Shown one piece after another: positions 59,761 to 64,000 of a stretch of DNA of 64,000 nucleotides. Source of the DNA: Rhodothermales bacterium (lineage in GTDB: Bacteria; Bacteroidota; Rhodothermia; Rhodothermales; Bin80); the NCBI GenBank assembly GCA_965200955.1, contig OZ241742.1:170320-234319 (forward strand), given 5' to 3'. The notes beneath the pieces were generated by a model. The model worked only from the letters and a program-made list of their open reading frames with translations, was not told the DNA's origin and searched no databases. How positions within the stretch are numbered: position 1 is the stretch's first letter; each line of letters starts with the position of its first letter. Position numbers and translations under genes: made by a program.

Positions 59761-61731
59761 TTACTCAACCCGCATAACCCTCTGAGAGGAGATCATACGA
59801 CCATCCAGTGAACTCCGAATAAAATAGACTCCATTAGATAAGTCTCTACCTGAAAGGGTTATGTCTATGGGTTGATGCATGGGTGGAGTACCGCTAAATA
59901 ATGTGCGGACTTCTCTCCCGAGTAGATCGTACAGTTCAATCGTTACAGAGCCCGATAGTCCAGTAGTAATTTCAAACTTGGTCTCTGCTGAAAACGGATT
60001 CGGATAGGCCAGTCCAGTCATTAAAGCTTCTGGATAAAGTTCCACCGTGATGGGTTCACTCACTTGTTCTGTGCCATTTGAATTCACCTGCCTTATCTGA
60101 AACGAATACATTCCCGGTTGGAGATCATGCACGGTATAACTGAATGTCATTGATGATTCTGGACTTCCAAAGACTTGGGCAATGGTTTGGGGTGGTTGAA
60201 CACGTTCAATGAAAAATGTAATGGAGGTTGAAGGTTGAGTAGTAGACCAAGTTAACTCAATGGACTGGCGATGGATGATAGCATTGAGATCCATGATCTG
60301 AACGAAGCCGTAGCCGCTACAGTCACTTCGCTTGGGTAATTCACAGATTGGGTTTACATTGATAGTTGCATATTCATCCGTATCTGGCAGGCAAATTCCA
60401 GCATTCATGGATAGGTCACACTGGTCTATCTTGGTTCCAAGGGTTGCGATTTCAAGGGGTAAAATTCCGGTGAGTTGATTATCGCTAAGATCTAAACGGG
60501 TCAATTGGGTCAATTCACCATAGGTGACTGGAATTTCTCCCTGAAGGTCGTTGGATGACAGGTCAAGGTCTTGAAGATTTTGGAGAGACGAGAGAGTATT
60601 TGGTAGGTTTCCAGACAGGTTATTGTTTGGCAACGCGAGATGGGTGATGTCTTGATTGCTACATTGAACTCCATGCCACTGACAGGGATCTGAGCTTGCA
60701 AGCCATCCATCACTTTGTCCCCAGGATGGCCCATCGGTTTGAGTATAGATGGTTTCCAGAGTTGAACAGTGTGAACCTTCACATATTTTGCAACTATTCT
60801 GCGGCGTGAGAGAGCATACTTCTCCCAGATATGCATAGGGAGGTGAATCAGGGATGCATAACTGTGTTTCTCCAAGTTCACAATGTATGATGTTAGAGGC
60901 AAAGGATGCCAATGAAAGAGGAAGTGCCCCCGTAAACTGGTTATTGGTCAAAGAAAGCCATAAGAGTTGATCCAGCTGATGCAGTTCAGGGGGAATATTT
61001 CCTGAGAGTTGATTATGACTGACATCTAAAAAATCCAACAAATTCATCTGTCCAATCCAATCGGGGATTTCTCTGGTTATGGAGTTGTGGCTGATGTTGA
61101 GGTGTTCCAGTCGAGTCAGGTTCTGAAGAGTATCAGGAATGGCTCCTCCCAATTGGTTTACACTTAGATCTAAGTGCTTTAAATTGGTTAATTGTCCGAG
61201 TCGTTCTGGAATACCTCCAGTGAGTTTATTATTGCCGAGATCAAGTTCACGAAGATTGGTCAGATTACCGAGTTCAGCGGGGATAGCACCAGTGAAAGCA
61301 TTGCTATTAAAGGAGAGGACTTCCAAGTGTTTTAGGTCTCCCAGCGTAGCTGGAATTACGCTCGTCAATTTTTTAAGACGGATACCAGGCCCCGAATTAT
61401 CAATGCGGAGTGATTGCAATTCTGAAAGAAAGGCGAGATCGCCGGGAAGCGTGCCAGTGAGGTTATTTCCTGAAAGATCAATATGTGTAATTTCTCTAGG
61501 CCACCCAGAAGTTCGACATGTGATGCCATACCAGTCACAGGGTTGATTGGTTTGTAGCCATCCCCGTGCATTAAGCCAACGGAACCCATCTGTATCGTAG
61601 AAGAGTTTTTCCAGGGCTCGGCAGTCTTCAAGGCTAAGTTGATCAATCCGAGTACATCCTAAAAATTGTGCCTTAGCCGAAGCATGGAAACATGCACCGA
61701 AGATCAAAGCGACAACAATAGATCTAACCAT
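59761..61731 (-). CDS. Plant-type (24-residue) leucine-rich-repeat protein with T9SS C-terminal sorting domain
   Basis: Signal peptide MVRSIVVALIFGACFHASAKAQ (Met at 61731). Two LRR blocks are each preceded by a cap ending PCDWYGITC / PCQWHGVQC. Repeats such as LTNLRELDLGNNKLTGGIPERLGQ and LTNLKHLDLSVNQLGGAIPDTLQN. C-terminus GLAYPNPFSAETKFEI...GVYFIRSSLDGRMISSQRVMRVE. Confidence 0.8.
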   Translation of the reverse strand: MVRSIVVALIFGACFHASAKAQFLGCTRIDQLSLEDCRALEKLFYDTDGFRWLNARGWLQTNQPCDWYGITCRTSGWPREITHIDLSGNNLTGTLPGDLAFLSELQSLRIDNSGPGIRLKKLTSVIPATLGDLKHLEVLSFNSNAFTGAIPAELGNLTNLRELDLGNNKLTGGIPERLGQLTNLKHLDLSVNQLGGAIPDTLQNLTRLEHLNISHNSITREIPDWIGQMNLLDFLDVSHNQLSGNIPPELHQLDQLLWLSLTNNQFTGALPLSLASFASNIIHCELGETQLCIPDSPPYAYLGEVCSLTPQNSCKICEGSHCSTLETIYTQTDGPSWGQSDGWLASSDPCQWHGVQCSNQDITHLALPNNNLSGNLPNTLSSLQNLQDLDLSSNDLQGEIPVTYGELTQLTRLDLSDNQLTGILPLEIATLGTKIDQCDLSMNAGICLPDTDEYATINVNPICELPKRSDCSGYGFVQIMDLNAIIHRQSIELTWSTTQPSTSITFFIERVQPPQTIAQVFGSPESSMTFSYTVHDLQPGMYSFQIRQVNSNGTEQVSEPITVELYPEALMTGLAYPNPFSAETKFEITTGLSGSVTIELYDLLGREVRTLFSGTPPMHQPIDITLSGRDLSNGVYFIRSSLDGRMISSQRVMRVE

Positions 61732-62385
61732 GATTCTTATAGTCTCAGTTGCTGTACTTGCTGTTTCTTTAAATGTTTGCATCCCACAAGCCAGAGATAT
61801 GACGTTCATGAAATATGACATTGTGCAGATATAAAGACTGACAATGAAAGCCATGTAGATGTTTTCAGAATCATTTTATGGGTACGTTACGATAAAGACA
61901 GGAGCTTTTCGGATACTATGACATTGTGCTTCTCCAAATCATACACTAAGATTTGAGAAGTCAAGTTATCGCTTCAATGGAACCAAGTACATCAGAATTT
62001 GTATCTGATTGTGTTTCTAGATATGCTTTGTCTCAAAACTGATTCAATAATTTTTGGCAGAATTTCTCCTCAGAGGTATCTTCTATCATTTGGGCAGTTT
62101 GTATTTGAAGCATCAGCATTGATCACTCTCCTTGGAGGTATTTACAAAACCTAACATCAACAAGTGCGTCTCATGATGTGCAGTCAATATTTACGCAGAA
62201 CATCAACTTTCAAAAACCTCGGTGTACTAGATTTGTTACCACAAATCGTTGTTGTCTCTCACTTCTTGAGTCATATCTCAAAATCGTAAAATTAGCCAGA
62301 AGCAATGGTATGTGATCAAATTTCACCAACCGATTGAAATCGTATTCATGCTATATTATATTATTGAGGTCCATCACTCAAGACA

Positions 62386-62928
62386 ATGAAAGAGATTACC
62401 CTGCGAAACTACCGATGCTTTCATGAAAAGCAGGTCGCTCGGCTTGCCCCCTTGACATTGCTTGTGGGTGATAATAGTACTGGAAAGACATCATTCTTAG
62501 CTATCATACGAGCATTATGGGATTGTATCTATGGACATCGCATTCCGAATTTTAAAGAAGCACCCTTTGACATTGGCACCTTTGAAGAGATCGTATATCG
62601 CCAGAATGGTCGTATACCCCAATCTTCTACTTTTCAAGTGTATATTCATCTGGGTCATGGCTTAGAGGCTGGATTTGAATTTGGTAAACAAAATACAGCC
62701 CCCGTACCAGTAAAAATAGATCTAGGGGATAATGGCGTATGGCTCAAAGAATTCCATGATGGCGAAGGCAAATCATGGATTCATGTTATCACTCCTCAAG
62801 GAAGTTGGGAAGCACCTCAGATGACGGATACTCGGGGTACAGTGATGTCATTGTTGACATCAAGGCGATTATTATCCACTGCCATCCCAGAGTTATTTTT
62901 TCCCGATTATGGGCATGTTCGAAAATAA
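62386..62928 (+). CDS. N-terminal fragment of an AAA_15/21-type (ABC-like) ATPase, probably truncated
   Basis: MKEITLRNYRCFHEKQVARLAPLTLLVGDNSTGKTSFLAII carries the Walker A motif. The ORF stops after 180 aa with no Walker B or signature motif, about 250 bp before an IS transposase gene. Confidence 0.45.
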   Translation: MKEITLRNYRCFHEKQVARLAPLTLLVGDNSTGKTSFLAIIRALWDCIYGHRIPNFKEAPFDIGTFEEIVYRQNGRIPQSSTFQVYIHLGHGLEAGFEFGKQNTAPVPVKIDLGDNGVWLKEFHDGEGKSWIHVITPQGSWEAPQMTDTRGTVMSLLTSRRLLSTAIPELFFPDYGHVRK

Positions 62929-63180
62929 CTTTCTCATCTAAGTCAATTACAATCCTATTTTAAATTTTTATATCTCTACATTCTTGCTTCATTCAGTTGA
63001 ATTCATTCATTTAAGTTGAAGAGTAGATCTTTCTCTACTTCGCCGTTTATCGCTCCATAACTTATTCAACACACTTTAGATTCTTGCCTGCTGGCAGGTC
63101 TGGCCCCCTATACGATCATTTTTGGACCGTAATGAATCTTATATTTGATTTGATAGTTATATTATTTTTTAATCATAACT

Positions 63181-64000
63181 TTGACTTTTATCATGAATGC
63201 TCCCCGATTTACCTCCGACTCGTTGGCTCAGGTCTTGCAACGCAAAGGCATCTCCACCCTATCCGAATTATCCTCTGAATTTGGCGATTGTTCCTCCCGT
63301 ACACTGTATCGAAAACTCAACGAGTTAGATTACCTGTCCAGCTATTCTCACCGTGGAATGTATTATACACTGCGGACCATTCCAGATTTTGATGCCCACG
63401 GACTTTGGTTTTACAATGACATTGGATTCTCCCATCATGGCACCCTGTCCAATACCTTGAAAGAGTTGGTTGCGTCTTCTCCATTAGGCTATCGCAGCAC
63501 TGAGCTTGATATGCTCCTGAAGGTTCGTACGGCAAACGCATTGGGCAAACTGGTCCATGACCAACAACTCCATCGGATCTGCTTTCAGGGAAAACAGATC
63601 TACTGCTCACCAGATGCTGTTCATTACAAACGACAGCTGAATACGCGTAGAATGCAATTTCAAGACAAGAGTCTGCCTGCATCCATGGAAGCAGATCTGA
63701 CCAAATCAAGGATCATCGCATTATTTTACAGCTTGCTCCATGAAAAACATCGTCGCCTGTTTGCAGGAATGCTCTCTGAATTATGGGGGTATGGAGGTGA
63801 TCTGCGTGTTGAGCGATTGCTGGGAATCAGTCGCAAGACCGTACACAGGGGGCGCAAAGAACTGCATTCAGGTCATCTTGACCCCGATCGCATTCGAAAA
63901 ATGGGTGGAGGGAGGCCTACGATTGAAAAAAAAACGACGGGTATATCCAGCGGTTAGAAGAACTGATGGAATTTGAAACCGCCGGTAGCCCGATGGGTGA
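63181..64000 (+). mobile_element. ISAzo13-family-like insertion sequence (5' part); transposase ORF interrupted at an A9 run and continuing off the window
   Basis: ...HEKHRRLFAGMLSELWGYGGDLRVERLLGISRKTVHRGRKELHSGHLDPDRIRKMGGGRPTIEKK matches the conserved N-terminal region I recall for ISAzo13-type transposases (..RRLFAA.EA...GYGG....A...G.S..T...G..EL.....R.R..GGGRK). After the A9 run 63926-63934 the homologous reading (NDGYIQRLEELMEFETAGSPMG, compare L..LVEP.T.GDPMS) continues in the -1 frame to the window end. Confidence 0.65.

Overview
This 64-kb chromosomal window looks like an FCB-group bacterium (Bacteroidota/Balneolota/Rhodothermota-like). The evidence is T9SS-type C-terminal sorting domains, a PorV-like barrel, CarboxypepD_reg-type TonB receptors and CRTAC1/ASPIC paralogs. 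Housekeeping genes present are metK, ahcY, acpP-fabF, rnd, a 7Fe ferredoxin, a bisphosphate nucleotidase and tRNA-Pro(CGG). They are interleaved with two visibly AT-richer accessory blocks. Block 1 (8.2-12.6 kb, minus strand) holds an ABC-ATPase::Toprim-like (OLD/PARIS-like) gene. Next to it is a translationally coupled two-gene ubiquitin-like conjugation cassette: multi-beta-grasp::cysteine-less E2-like, plus JAB::E1. Block 2 (14.3-26.4 kb) starts right after tRNA-Pro. It holds an orphan AAA ATPase and a PLD::SNF2 gene overlapping a 1192-aa gamma-class N6-adenine methyltransferase. It also holds a promoterless, inverted, in-frame copy of that methyltransferase's C-terminal specificity region, bounded by two perfect inverted repeats (34 and 75 bp). 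This is a candidate specificity shufflon. A tyrosine recombinase lies upstream but is split by a frameshift at an A6 tract. Other non-standard structure: a 757-bp array of 33 phased 23-bp units (alternating A/B types sharing the core TGCAAATCTAC) lies directly upstream of an AAA/DUF4143 ATPase. A diverged orphan A+B unit sits 48 kb away, next to a decayed ATPase pseudogene. There is an inverted-order hipA-HTH pair with a 52-nt overlap, a plant-type LRR protein with a T9SS tail, and a giant T9SS metalloprotease wedged between metK and ahcY. At the right edge an ISAzo13-like transposase is interrupted at an A9 slippery run. All family names come from reading motifs by eye. No database or HMM search was run.
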